Positions 45,941-56,089 are shown, counted from the stretch's first letter. The stretch is 64,000 nucleotides of DNA from Candidatus Latescibacterota bacterium (GCA_965248265.1 CBDFJF010000001.1:2784001-2848000); one strand, 5' to 3'. Numbers and translations are program-made. Notes: generated by a model not told the origin, from the letters alone.

Positions 45941-46246
45941 ATGATCGGACAACTGCGCATATACACCATCAACGCCGGCATGATGGACAGCTGGCTCAAG
46001 GCCTTCGAGGAGGATATCGTCCCCCGCGTCAAGGAAGTCGGCATGGGCGTGCACACGGCCTGGGTCAATGAAGACCGGACCCAGTTCATCTGGATCCGCA
46101 CCTACGACAGCGTTGAGGACATCGAAGTCAAGGAGGCCGCGCTCTACGGAACACAGTGGTGGGCGGAAAACGTCGACCGACTGCGCGCCCACCATGCCCA
46201 CCGCGAGGTCAAAATCATCGAGCCTTTCCTGCCGGATGGAGCCTAG
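45941..46246 (+). CDS. NIPSNAP-family protein
   Basis: MIGQLRIYTI...FIWIR; RBS AAGGAG before ATG 45941. Confidence 0.8.
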   Translation: MIGQLRIYTINAGMMDSWLKAFEEDIVPRVKEVGMGVHTAWVNEDRTQFIWIRTYDSVEDIEVKEAALYGTQWWAENVDRLRAHHAHREVKIIEPFLPDGA

Positions 46247-46255
46247 GAGATCGAG

Positions 46256-47360
46256 ATGACGGTGAGTACGGAAGATCGCGGTTCACGCATCCGCATCACC
46301 ACCTTGCGGGCCATCAACGTCGGCGGCAAAGGCTATGTTAAGATCGAGACCAACATGGACGTCGTCGGTTGGGGCGAGATCAATAATATGGACACCAAAG
46401 TCGCCTGCGCTTTGGCCGAGTCGCTGTCTGAGATACTCATTGGCGAAAATCCGACGCGGATCGAGCACCTGTGGCAGCGGATGTTTCGGTCCCATCGCAA
46501 CATCCGCGGAGGTGGCCTCATGGTGCACACGATTTCCGGCATCGACATGGCTCTGTGGGACATCACTGGCAAGCTGTGGGGCGTTCCCGTCTACCGTCTG
46601 ATGGGCGGTCCGGTGCGCGACAAGATCTGGAAGTACCCTTCGCCGAAGGGGATCAAGATAAGTCCCCCTGGTGGACCCCTTTACCATGCCGGCACTCCTG
46701 CTGAGATCGAAACATGTGTCGCCGCCGTGCATGAGGCCCGCAAAAAGGTCGGTCCCGACGGCGCCGTCATGTTCGATGCCCACAGTCGGATGCCGGCCGC
46801 CTTCGTCAAACAGTTTGCGGCACAGCTCAAGCCGGACGACCTGCTGTTTCTTGAAGAGGCCTGGGTGCCCGGCAACATCGAGGTCATGCGCCGGGTGCGG
46901 GAAACGGTGCCGGTGCCACTGGCCACGGGCGAGCGCGACCGCACCATCTGGGAGGTGCGTGAAATCCTCGAAGCCCAGGTCATCGACATCCTGCAACCCG
47001 ATGTCGGCCATACGGGAGGCCTGACGCAATTCAGAAAAATCGGCACTCTGTGTGAGGCCCATCATGTACCGGTGGCACCGCACTGCACCATGTCCTACCT
47101 GGGGCTGACCGCCAGCCTGCACGCCCTCGGCCTGCGTCCCCTACTTCCTCATCCACGAGGGCTACGACGGCGTCCTCCCCGACGGCATCGCCAACAAGAC
47201 CTGGGAGATGGACGACGAAGGATACACCAGTCTGCCCGAGGGACCAGGGCTCGGCGTCGAGATCGACGAAGCCAAGGCGATCGAGCACGGCAAGAATCCC
47301 GCCAACGCCTTCGAGTGGCCGGACCACCGCCTGCGCGACGGCTCCGTGTCGGATTACTAG
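46256..47360 (+). pseudogene. Mandelate racemase/galactonate dehydratase-like enolase with a frameshift near 47126
   Basis: IDMALWDI, DAH, EE, GER, QPD in frame 1. The conserved C-terminus (FLIHE...LPEGPGLGVEID...DGSVSDY*) is in another frame after one extra C. Confidence 0.75.
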
Positions 47361-47361
47361 A

Positions 47362-49044
47362 ATGCGGGTGAAACTCGATCAGGCTGTCGAAGCCCGCGAT
47401 GGGGTACGTCTGTCGGCGGATGTCTACCTGCCAGCTGCCGACGGACCGTTTCCGGTGCTGGCCGCGAGGACGATCCAGGACAATCAAGCGTCTGAGGCGA
47501 TTGAATGGGTGGCGCGGTTCATCAAAGCTGGCTACGCCGTCGTCATCCAGGATTGTCGCGGCCGCTTCCACTCGGACGGCGACTGGGACCCCTACGTGAA
47601 CGAAACGGCCGATGGCCACGACACGCTAGAGTGGATCAGTTCACAACAATGGTGCGATGGCAACGTCGGCATGTTTGGGAGCGGCTACATGGGCTATGTA
47701 CAGACTCGCGCTGCCCTCGGTGATACCAAGGTCCTCAAGGCGATCGCTCCCTCTTCCTCCCAGCAGGACAACTTCGGATACTGGTTCACACACGGACCCT
47801 TTCAATGGCACACTGCGTTGAATTTTCTGGAAACCGCAGGGAGCGCATCGCAGACGGGCGCGCTGTCGCTCGTCAACCGGGAAGAGTTGTGGTCGCGACT
47901 GCCCCTGGCGACTGCCCTCGATGAAGTCGCCGAGGTTCCGTTCTTCAAGAAAGCGCTCGAACACAATCGCTACGACGAATTCTGGAAAGACGACAGCCTG
48001 CTGGATCGCTACGGCCGCATCCAGGTACCGGCTCTGTTCATCACGGGCTGGTACGATGTGTTGTTGAATGAAACCGTGCAGATGTTTCAAGGGTTTACAG
48101 CCAACGCCGGCACCGAGGAGGCGCGCAGCAGGAGCAAGCTCGTCATCGGACCGTGGCACAGCGGCAACCTGGGGTCTGGCCTGCCTTCAGGTGACTTCGA
48201 TTTCGGACCGGACTCGGGCCTTGATCTGGCGGCAGAGCATCTGCGCTGGTACGATCAGCGGCTGCGGGGAGTGAGTACCGGCATCGACGACGAGCCGCCC
48301 GTGCGGATCTTTACGATGGGTGAAAACGTCTGGCGCTTCGAGAACGAGTGGCCGCCCGCCAGCATGAACTACAGGAAATTCTTCCTGCATGGTGATGGAC
48401 ACGCCAATTCCGTGTCCGGGGATGGGTGCCTGGATTTCGAGCGCTGTGGTGACACCGAACGGGTCGACGAATTCATTTACGATCCAGCGAATCCGGTCCC
48501 GACGTTTGGCGGTAACATCGGACAGCTTGCGGGGACTGTGGCGGGCGCAGTGGATCGGCGTTCCATCCAGCAGCGGGATGACATCCTCGTCTACGATACG
48601 GATGTACTGCCGGAGGATCTCGAGGTTACCGGGTCGCCCCTGGTGACGCTTTGGGCCTCCAGTGACTGCACGGATACCGACTTCGCCGCGACGGTCTGCG
48701 ACGTGCACGAGGACGGCCGTGCCATCATCATCTGCGAGGGCATGGTGCGCACCCGCTTCAGCCAGGAGAGACAGGACCCGACCGCCAGTCGTGAGAATCC
48801 CAAGCTGGCCGTCCCGGACCTACCCAGCAAGTACTTCGTGTCTCTGTGGCACACCAGCATGGTGTTCAAGGCCGGACACCGCATCCGCCTGGAGTTGACC
48901 AGCAGTAACTTTCCGCGCTTCGACCGAAATCCCAACACCGGCCACGACCTGGGTGTCGATGCGAAGATGCGTCTGGCCAATAACAAGGTCTATCACAACA
49001 CCGATCACCCGACACACCTAACCTTACCGGTGGTCGAGCGCTAG
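47362..49044 (+). CDS. CocE/NonD-family hydrolase-like protein (catalytic residues altered)
   Basis: RDGVRLSADVYLP, QDCRGR..SDG, GMFGSGYMG, GWYD, GPW, YDPANPVP, SSNFPRFDRN. Confidence 0.85.
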   Translation: MRVKLDQAVEARDGVRLSADVYLPAADGPFPVLAARTIQDNQASEAIEWVARFIKAGYAVVIQDCRGRFHSDGDWDPYVNETADGHDTLEWISSQQWCDGNVGMFGSGYMGYVQTRAALGDTKVLKAIAPSSSQQDNFGYWFTHGPFQWHTALNFLETAGSASQTGALSLVNREELWSRLPLATALDEVAEVPFFKKALEHNRYDEFWKDDSLLDRYGRIQVPALFITGWYDVLLNETVQMFQGFTANAGTEEARSRSKLVIGPWHSGNLGSGLPSGDFDFGPDSGLDLAAEHLRWYDQRLRGVSTGIDDEPPVRIFTMGENVWRFENEWPPASMNYRKFFLHGDGHANSVSGDGCLDFERCGDTERVDEFIYDPANPVPTFGGNIGQLAGTVAGAVDRRSIQQRDDILVYDTDVLPEDLEVTGSPLVTLWASSDCTDTDFAATVCDVHEDGRAIIICEGMVRTRFSQERQDPTASRENPKLAVPDLPSKYFVSLWHTSMVFKAGHRIRLELTSSNFPRFDRNPNTGHDLGVDAKMRLANNKVYHNTDHPTHLTLPVVER

Positions 49045-49048
49045 AAAA

Positions 49049-49792
49049 TCAATCCGCTTCGCTGGCCTTCAATCCACCCCAGCTGCCCTCCTCTACCGCC
49101 GTCTCCGAATCGATGGCAAAGCAGTAGAACAACCCATCACCTCCCGTGCCCTCCAGGTCTGACTGGCTACAGCCCCTCGACGCGTGCGCCGAGTTCCACG
49201 ACGTCGGGTCGGCACCTCCACCGGTGCGGTCGTGGTGGCCGAGTTGGGCGCTGCCGACATTGCTGCTCGTCCACCCTTCACAAGTCAGGTCGTCGTCTCC
49301 TTCGAAGGCCGTCCCGTCCTGCCGTGAGCCGGTGAGGATGTCGTGGCGATTGGGACTGTCGCCGCGGCCATTGACGATGCCGCCACCCTCGGTCAGTCCC
49401 GTCTCCTTGTTGAGGTTGTTGTTGTCGCCGTGCAGATCTTCGACGCTGCCGGCGATCAGCACCCCCTCGGCGTTGTACCAGGGGCCCGAGCCAATGCGAT
49501 CACGCGCGTGGGTTACACCGTTCTCGCCCGTGTCGCTCAGGTAAGCACGCCAGGTGAGATCGCCACCACCCACCGGCTCGGCCAATGTCTGACAATAGGC
49601 ATCGGCCCCAGCCAGGCCGCCCAGATCGGCACCGTTGCCGGGACCATCGCTGGTGATGAAGAAGGTCATCCGATTCCCCATCTCATCTTGAGCGAGAACG
49701 GAGATCCCCGCTATCAGCACGGCCATGCTCACGGCGACTGGTACCGGAACAAGAGTATGATTGGATTTCATCTCTGAGACTCCATGATTCAA
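49049..49792 (-). CDS. Secreted endostatin/NC10-like (DUF1554-type) domain protein
   Basis: Signal peptide; FFITS, LGGLAGADAYCQ, WRAYLS, ARDRIG.GPW, HDILTGS, GLFYCFA. Confidence 0.7.
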   Translation of the reverse strand: MNHGVSEMKSNHTLVPVPVAVSMAVLIAGISVLAQDEMGNRMTFFITSDGPGNGADLGGLAGADAYCQTLAEPVGGGDLTWRAYLSDTGENGVTHARDRIGSGPWYNAEGVLIAGSVEDLHGDNNNLNKETGLTEGGGIVNGRGDSPNRHDILTGSRQDGTAFEGDDDLTCEGWTSSNVGSAQLGHHDRTGGGADPTSWNSAHASRGCSQSDLEGTGGDGLFYCFAIDSETAVEEGSWGGLKASEAD

Positions 49793-49966
49793 ACTGAGTA
49801 TGCACCGATCGTCATCACGCTACCTGGACTTACTTCCATATCCATGCCAAATGCCCGCGCGTAGACGCGCGTGACATCGTTGAGGTTCCCGCACATGGCC
49901 CGCGCCGTGATCGCCAGCAGCGTCCACAGGGTATTCTGGTTCATCGATGATTCGATCAGGCTTGGT

Positions 49967-50833
49967 TCAATCCGAGAATATCTCCTCCAGGAAGCGATCC
50001 AACTCGGCCCAGCTCTTTTGATCCGCGCTCTCATTGTAAGCCAGTGGCATCTTCAGCGCTTCCCCCACCACCGTCGCTCCCGGGTTGGTGAATGAGTGTA
50101 CGGCCCCGGGGTAGGCGATCAGCTTCATGTCGACCTTAGCCTGCTCCATCTCTTTCTTAAAGGTTTCCACTTGCTCGGGGGGAATGAGCGGGTCATCAGC
50201 GCCATGGAGGACGAGAACCCGAGCCTTGACGGCGCCCTGCACGGCTGGCGTCTGCGTCGACAGGTTTCCGTGGAAGCTGGCAACACCGTCGAGGTCGGCA
50301 CCGGCCCGTGCCATGTGCAGGACGACGGCGCCACCGAAACAATAGCCGATTGCTGCCGTCTTGGTTTTGTCCGTGGTAACATGGTCACGCAAAATCTTGT
50401 GCGCTGCTTCGAAGCGAGCCTCGGCCGCAGCGATGTTGCCGAGTACCTCCATCATGAATTTCTGTGCATCCCCGGGATGCTGGGCCAGCTTGCCGTCACC
50501 GTACATGTCCAGGGCGAAGGCCGTGTAGCCCATCTCCGCCAGCATCCGTGCTCGGGTGCGTACGTAGTCGTTGTGTCCCCACCATTCATGCACGACCAGA
50601 ACACCCGGGCGCTTGCCGGGAAGAGTCTGGTCGTGGGCCATGAACCCCTTCAGTTTGACGCCACCGACCTCGTAGGAGACTTCCCTTGTGAGTACCTGCG
50701 ATTCCAACAACCATCCCATCCATCCCTTTAGTTTGACGCCGTCGACCTGATCGGCGGATTCTTCTTCGCTCCAAGCCGTTGTGGCGAAGACCAGTACGAT
50801 CAATTGGTGGAGGATGAAGATCCTGTGAGTCAT
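49967..50833 (-). CDS. Dienelactone hydrolase-family protein, secreted
   Basis: VHEWWG, GYCFGG, SFHG, HGADD, HSFTNP. Confidence 0.9.
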   Translation of the reverse strand: MTHRIFILHQLIVLVFATTAWSEEESADQVDGVKLKGWMGWLLESQVLTREVSYEVGGVKLKGFMAHDQTLPGKRPGVLVVHEWWGHNDYVRTRARMLAEMGYTAFALDMYGDGKLAQHPGDAQKFMMEVLGNIAAAEARFEAAHKILRDHVTTDKTKTAAIGYCFGGAVVLHMARAGADLDGVASFHGNLSTQTPAVQGAVKARVLVLHGADDPLIPPEQVETFKKEMEQAKVDMKLIAYPGAVHSFTNPGATVVGEALKMPLAYNESADQKSWAELDRFLEEIFSD

Positions 50834-50989
50834 GGCTCTTCCCTTTCCTTCAGCTACCCTGCGCGGGTACCGGTTGCAGGGAGAAGACTGTTCGGTTGTT
50901 ATTGACCCTTCTAACTCTGGCCGACAAAGTACCGCGCTGACACGTCAGGGTCCATTTGGTAAATATCAGTCAACCTGGAGGTTTATTTC

Positions 50990-52054
50990 GTGAAAGAGTT
51001 ACGGTGTGTGCTGGTTGGGATCGGCGGTGTCGGCAAGGTCATCCTCCGACATCTTATCGGCCAACCCTGGTTTCGCCCGGTCGCCCTCGTCGATGTTAAT
51101 CCTCTGGCTCTGACGGACGGTCGCGCGTTAATCGCGCCCAATGTCCCAGGCGAGTTTTCCGACCTTGGCGAAGCCCTCACATCCATCGACGCCGATGCCG
51201 TCCTCATCAATACGCCGTCCGAGTTGCACTACGAGCAGTCACTTGCCGCCATCGGCGCCGGGATCCATGTCTGTGTGGCCAAACCCGTTACCAACGACTT
51301 CGCCCAGGCACAGGATTTGGTTAGCCGGGCCGACGCCGCTGGGGTAACCCTTTCGGTCAAACAGCAGATGCGTCACAACCGCCACTACCAGACGGTGGCC
51401 TCTTTCCTGCGGGGCGGGGAAATCGGACAACCGGAGGTTATCGCCTTCAGCAATTCCAAGCCCCGGCATGAACCCTACAACCTGGCAACGGTATCACAGC
51501 CGGCGTTGTTCGAAATGTCCTGTCACCACTTCGACACCCTGATGGCCATGTTCCCCGATCACGCGCCAGTGCGAATCAGCTGCGATGGGTTTCGACCGTC
51601 GTGGTCCGTCTACGGCGGGCCCTGCATGGTGAATGCGCTGATCGAACTGAAGGGTGGAGTGCACGTTCTCTATCACGGAGGCTTCTCATCCCAGAGCAAC
51701 TGGTACGAATTGCGGGTAGAGGGAACGCTGGGTGTGTTGCGCTGCCGCGGCCTGCACATGAGCAAGGACACGATGGAGTACGAGGTGGCGCCTCGCGGGG
51801 GCGAATTCGAGCTTCGTGATCTCGACAAGGGGCGCGAACCCGTCTATGCGTTCGGACCGTTCTTCGATCTCTGGGCCGCCTACGTCAACGGTGGACCGGA
51901 ACCGCCCTGGTCAGGCCGCAACAACCTCAAGGTCTTCGGGCTACTCAGTGCTGCCATTGATTCGATCGAATCAGGCGGCGCGCCAGTGAGTGTTGCCCGC
52001 GATGGTCCCTACGCGGAGGCATATCGAACACCAGGGGAATGGTCGGTAGGCTGA
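50990..52054 (+). CDS. Gfo/Idh/MocA oxidoreductase
   Basis: VGIGGVG, TP..LH, VAKP, EMSCHHFD. Confidence 0.85.
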   Translation: MKELRCVLVGIGGVGKVILRHLIGQPWFRPVALVDVNPLALTDGRALIAPNVPGEFSDLGEALTSIDADAVLINTPSELHYEQSLAAIGAGIHVCVAKPVTNDFAQAQDLVSRADAAGVTLSVKQQMRHNRHYQTVASFLRGGEIGQPEVIAFSNSKPRHEPYNLATVSQPALFEMSCHHFDTLMAMFPDHAPVRISCDGFRPSWSVYGGPCMVNALIELKGGVHVLYHGGFSSQSNWYELRVEGTLGVLRCRGLHMSKDTMEYEVAPRGGEFELRDLDKGREPVYAFGPFFDLWAAYVNGGPEPPWSGRNNLKVFGLLSAAIDSIESGGAPVSVARDGPYAEAYRTPGEWSVG

Positions 52055-52074
52055 AGAGACAGTGGCTTGATCAC

Positions 52075-52282
52075 TCACGGATCGACGTCCTTGGTTGTGC
52101 GGTACAACCGAATCGTGACGTCCTCGAGTGTGGCCAACTTCGAGACCGCGGATCACGGTCGCACCCGCCAGACCGCAGTCGCGGGCCTTGTTGACGAGCC
52201 ACTCGAAAAGAGGTCCCCCCTCGAACTGGTCGCTTTCACCGATGAAGATGCGCAACAACTGGCCTTCTTGAAGCACCATCAT
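52075..52282 (-). pseudogene. DUF190 (PII-like, crcB-associated) gene with internal deletion and frameshift
   Basis: LLRIFIGESD...GLAGATVIRGLE, then in another frame LATLEDVTIRLYR...TGA at 52075; the middle of the domain is missing. Confidence 0.7.
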
Positions 52283-52291
52283 GACGTCACC

Positions 52292-52681
52292 TTATAGCGA
52301 TTTGGTCAAGCCGTAGCCGAGCCACACGAGGACGACACCGGCGACGACCTGGATGGCGATGTTGGCCAACGAAGCCAGCAACTCACCCTCTCTGGCAAGG
52401 GTGACGGATTCATATCCAAAGGTCGAGAACGTGGTGAAACCGCCGAGCAGCCCGACCAGAAGAAACATCCTGACTTCTGGTGTGAACAACTGGCGCATCT
52501 CGACGAGACCGCCGCCGACTCCGATGGCGAAGCAGCCGACGAGATTCACCACCATGGTTCCGTAGGGAAACGTACTGTTCTGCAGTACCTGATGCACGGC
52601 CCCGCCCAGCAGGAAACGGCAGATAGAACCGATGAAGCCCCCCAGACCGATCCACAGCAGGGTGGATAACTGCAGGTTCAC
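52292..52681 (-). CDS. crcB: Fluoride channel CrcB/FluC
   Basis: GGFIGSICRF, FPYGTMVVN, GLLGGFTTFSTF. Confidence 0.93.
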   Translation of the reverse strand: MNLQLSTLLWIGLGGFIGSICRFLLGGAVHQVLQNSTFPYGTMVVNLVGCFAIGVGGGLVEMRQLFTPEVRMFLLVGLLGGFTTFSTFGYESVTLAREGELLASLANIAIQVVAGVVLVWLGYGLTKSL

Positions 52682-52721
52682 GACAGCACGCGCGAAGACA
52701 GGTGTTGAACGAAGTGCCCAC

Positions 52722-53318
52722 TCATGAGGCGACCTGCCGAATGGCACTCGCAACAGCCCGCCCCAAAGCGGCGCTACCCTCATCGGTAAAGTGGACCCCG
52801 TCCTCCTTCAATAGCTGTCCGGGGCCGTTATCGACCACAACCTTGTGAAGATCGTTGATGATAACCCCGTGCTGAGTGGCCACCTCGGTGGCTACCTCAT
52901 TGTAGGCGGCGACATTCTCGTTGGTCCGGTGTATGCCTTTACCCGATTCATGCTGTCGTTGCAGATCGACCGGTGTGGTGAGACCAAAGACAATCTGCGC
53001 CTGTGTTGTGGATGCGATCCTCTTCAGGATTCTGTCCAGGTTCGCGCGGTACTCCCCGATCGGCACCCGGCACTCTCCCGTGGGCGGCATTCCGGGATCG
53101 GGACTGGGATCCTGCGCCATGTCGTGCAAGCCGGCATTGATGTGGACGACATCGAGATCGTCGCTGAGCCATTCGTCGAGGTGCTCGAGAATGACGCGGG
53201 TGTTGCCGCACTGACGGTCTCCCAGCGCCACCACTTCGGCCCAGCCATCGAGCTCCTCCACGACAGTCGGTTCGTAGCCCATGCGAATGGAATCACCGAC
53301 ACAGATAACTTTTTTCAT
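52722..53318 (-). CDS. SGNH/GDSL hydrolase
   Basis: GDSI, NAGLHD, DGVH. Confidence 0.88.
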   Translation of the reverse strand: MKKVICVGDSIRMGYEPTVVEELDGWAEVVALGDRQCGNTRVILEHLDEWLSDDLDVVHINAGLHDMAQDPSPDPGMPPTGECRVPIGEYRANLDRILKRIASTTQAQIVFGLTTPVDLQRQHESGKGIHRTNENVAAYNEVATEVATQHGVIINDLHKVVVDNGPGQLLKEDGVHFTDEGSAALGRAVASAIRQVAS

Positions 53319-54832
53319 TCGACCAGCATCATCTTGCGCGTGAGCTCGACACCGTTCGCGCGTAGGCGGTAAAGGTACACTCCCGTTCCTACCCGGCGCC
53401 CATCCTCATCATCGCCTTCCCACAATGCGGATTGACTCCCCGACCGAACATCGTCCGCTAGCAACGACCTCACCCGGCGCCCCAGCAGATCGAATACCTC
53501 CAGCTCTACGGGTCCCTGCACCCCAGGCACCGAAAAAACGATCGTCGTCGACGGATTGAATGGGTTGGGGAAGTTCTGTTGTAGTTCAATCTCCGTGGGT
53601 AGCGGCTGCTCGGCCATTTCGATATTCGTCGGCGTATCATTCGTCGGCATTTCGCCAGGCAGCAGTTCAAAGACATAGATCGGACCGTCGAGACCTACGA
53701 CGTACAACTCGCCGCTTTCATCCTCGCCGAAGCTGGCGATACTGCACGAGCAGGTTGCGATCTGGGTTTGACCCTGCGCTTCACCCTCGATGTAGCGGAA
53801 ACCCCAGATCCTGCGTGAGACGAAGTCACCATAGACGTAGACGCCATGGAGCTCTCCCAGCGTCAGGCCGCGGTAGACGTAGCCTCCTGTCACGGAGGTA
53901 CCCTCATCACGTCCGTAATCGACGACGGGAAGAGCCAGACCGTCCTGATCACAGTTTGTCGATGGGGAAAAACAGCTGAATCCCTCCATGATGTTCCAGC
54001 CGTAGTTACCTCCCCTTTCGATCAAGTCGATCTCTTCCAACCGATTCTGGCCCACGTCCCCTGTCCACAGCTGACCGTTGGCGCGATCGAAGCTGAAGCG
54101 CCAGGGGTTGCGCAATCCGTATGCCCAGATCTCCTCTCTCCAGTCGTCGTCATTGCCCACAAAGGGATTATCGGAGGGGATGCCATAGGCCAGGTCATCC
54201 GTGCGCTCGTCGACATCGATACGCAGAATAGCCGCCAACCAGGTGGCAGGAGTCTGTCCATTGCCGAACCTGTCATTGGCCGCCCCGCCGTCGCCCAGAC
54301 CGATGTAGAGCATGCCGTCAGGACCGAAACTGACCTGGCCTCCGTTGTGGTTCGAGGCCGGCTGCGGCACTTCCCACAATACCCGTTCACTGTCCGCATC
54401 GACCACGTCTGGGTCTCCAGATACCAGGAACTCGGACACGCGCGAGATCAGATTTCCGTGAGTGTAATAGACGTACAGCCGGCGGTTGGTCGCATACTCG
54501 GGATGGAAGGCCAACCCGAGCAGGCCACCCTCCGAAACCGTGTTGACGACGGCCGACAAATCCAGAAAGACAGAGGCGATCACGTCATCCTGGTTCGGCA
54601 TGACCTTGATTCGCCCACCCTTCTCGACGATGAAGATGCGATCACTGCCGTCGCCGGCGTGGGTCAGGAACAGAGGTTGCGAAAAGCTGTTAGCCGCGAA
54701 CACCTGTTTCAGCTCGCGCGAGGCGAGCTCCAGCTCACTTGACTCCAGGTCCTGAGCGCTGGCGGGAATACTCCATGACGACAACAGCAGGAAAGCCACT
54801 ACCCTTTGAAGCGCGACATGCACTATGGCCAT
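53315..54832 (-). CDS. PQQ-dependent sugar dehydrogenase (GSDH) with FlgD-Ig/T9SS-type C-terminal domain
   Basis: GLLGLAFHP, NHNGG, GPDGMLY..GDGG, AYGLRNPWR, GGNYGW; QNFPNPFNPSTTI. Confidence 0.9.
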   Translation of the reverse strand: MAIVHVALQRVVAFLLLSSWSIPASAQDLESSELELASRELKQVFAANSFSQPLFLTHAGDGSDRIFIVEKGGRIKVMPNQDDVIASVFLDLSAVVNTVSEGGLLGLAFHPEYATNRRLYVYYTHGNLISRVSEFLVSGDPDVVDADSERVLWEVPQPASNHNGGQVSFGPDGMLYIGLGDGGAANDRFGNGQTPATWLAAILRIDVDERTDDLAYGIPSDNPFVGNDDDWREEIWAYGLRNPWRFSFDRANGQLWTGDVGQNRLEEIDLIERGGNYGWNIMEGFSCFSPSTNCDQDGLALPVVDYGRDEGTSVTGGYVYRGLTLGELHGVYVYGDFVSRRIWGFRYIEGEAQGQTQIATCSCSIASFGEDESGELYVVGLDGPIYVFELLPGEMPTNDTPTNIEMAEQPLPTEIELQQNFPNPFNPSTTIVFSVPGVQGPVELEVFDLLGRRVRSLLADDVRSGSQSALWEGDDEDGRRVGTGVYLYRLRANGVELTRKMMLVE

Positions 54833-54847
54833 GATTGCCTCGTCCCT

Positions 54848-55114
54848 TCAGGCGAACCGTTTCGCTGACCGGGCTTTCGCTTTGGCAGCCTCGACCTCTC
54901 GATCCAGGCTGGGACGATCCGTCACCAGATTGCTCAGCAGCGTCGTGACCGAGCCAGACACCTCTTCGACGGCCAGATCGAATGCGGCGGCATTCGCCTT
55001 CGATGGTCGCCTGTAGCCGCTGACTTTTCTCACGAACTGCAAACTCGCGGCCTGAATCTCATCCAGCGTCGCCGGTGGCTCGAAGTTGAACAGTATCTTG
55101 ATGTTCCTACACAT
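54848..55114 (-). CDS. DUF2277-family protein
   Basis: MCRNIK.LFNFEPPAT.DEI.AASLQFVRKVSG. Confidence 0.88.
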   Translation of the reverse strand: MCRNIKILFNFEPPATLDEIQAASLQFVRKVSGYRRPSKANAAAFDLAVEEVSGSVTTLLSNLVTDRPSLDREVEAAKAKARSAKRFA

Positions 55115-55198
55115 TGTACTTCCTCCCTCGCTTTCGAATGCATCCCCCCACGGCAGGGCAATAGATTTCCGGGTGCCGTCGATCAGCCGCCATAGCGC

Positions 55199-56089
55199 TC
55201 ATCCTGTTTTTCGCTCTTCCTCTCGTCGCGTATGGTGTGCTTGATAGACCTCGGGTTCCACGTACTTGTAGGCCGCCTTCGCGTTCATCCACCAGTACTT
55301 CTCGAGCGCCGCTTCGCCTTTGGGTTCGAAGAAGCTGCGAACGATCGCCAGCACGGTGTCGTGGTCCGAGTTCATGTCGCAAACTGGCCAGTTGCTACCG
55401 AAGATGAGACGGTCCTCGCCGAAGGCATCCCACAGAACGTTCAGTACGGGTAGATAGTAGTCGAGCTCGGCCGGCGCCGGCGTGATCTGGCTGTATTCAA
55501 CCAGACCCGAAACCTTGCAGAAAATCTGCGGCACTTCGCCGACGGCCTGTATGTAGTCGACCCAGGCGGGGTTCGGCTCCTCGCCGTCGATGCTGGGCTC
55601 ACCGCAGTGGTTGAGCACCCAGCGCAACTCGGGGACGCGACGTGCGAGGGAACACACATCGCCGGGGCGATCCGTCGTCCCGCAGATGTCCACCTGCAGG
55701 TTGTGCTCGGCCATCTTTTCCACGCGCTGCAAGGCACGGCCATCTGCATCGTCGACGAATTCAGCGCCGGCACGAATGCCGCGGTAATACGGATTCGCGG
55801 CCAGGCGGTCGACGTTGTCGCAGAAGTCGTCGTCAGAGCCTATGTGACCGACGACACCGAGTATCCAGGGATCTTCCGGATTCACCAGGTCCAGGACCCA
55901 TTGGTTGTCATCCGGCCAGACGCTGGCTGCCGTTACTACTGTGCCGACTACTCCAGTTGGCGCTGCGACTTCGCGATGATGCACAGGCAATACGGTCCGG
56001 TAGATGAGATCGTCTTCTTTGCCGGGCCAGGGTACACCCTGCGGCCGGAAGGGATCGTAGAAGTGGGTGTGCGTGTCGATGATCTTCAT
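55199..56089 (-). CDS. Amidohydrolase_2 (sugar lactonase-like)
   Basis: IDTHTH, NH, KVSG, FGSNWPV. Confidence 0.85.
   Translation of the reverse strand: MKIIDTHTHFYDPFRPQGVPWPGKEDDLIYRTVLPVHHREVAAPTGVVGTVVTAASVWPDDNQWVLDLVNPEDPWILGVVGHIGSDDDFCDNVDRLAANPYYRGIRAGAEFVDDADGRALQRVEKMAEHNLQVDICGTTDRPGDVCSLARRVPELRWVLNHCGEPSIDGEEPNPAWVDYIQAVGEVPQIFCKVSGLVEYSQITPAPAELDYYLPVLNVLWDAFGEDRLIFGSNWPVCDMNSDHDTVLAIVRSFFEPKGEAALEKYWWMNAKAAYKYVEPEVYQAHHTRREEERKTG

Noticed and set aside
52682-52721. Fluoride riboswitch upstream of crcB
   Set aside because: The gap is only ~40 nt and lacks the GGCGATGG...CGCC core.
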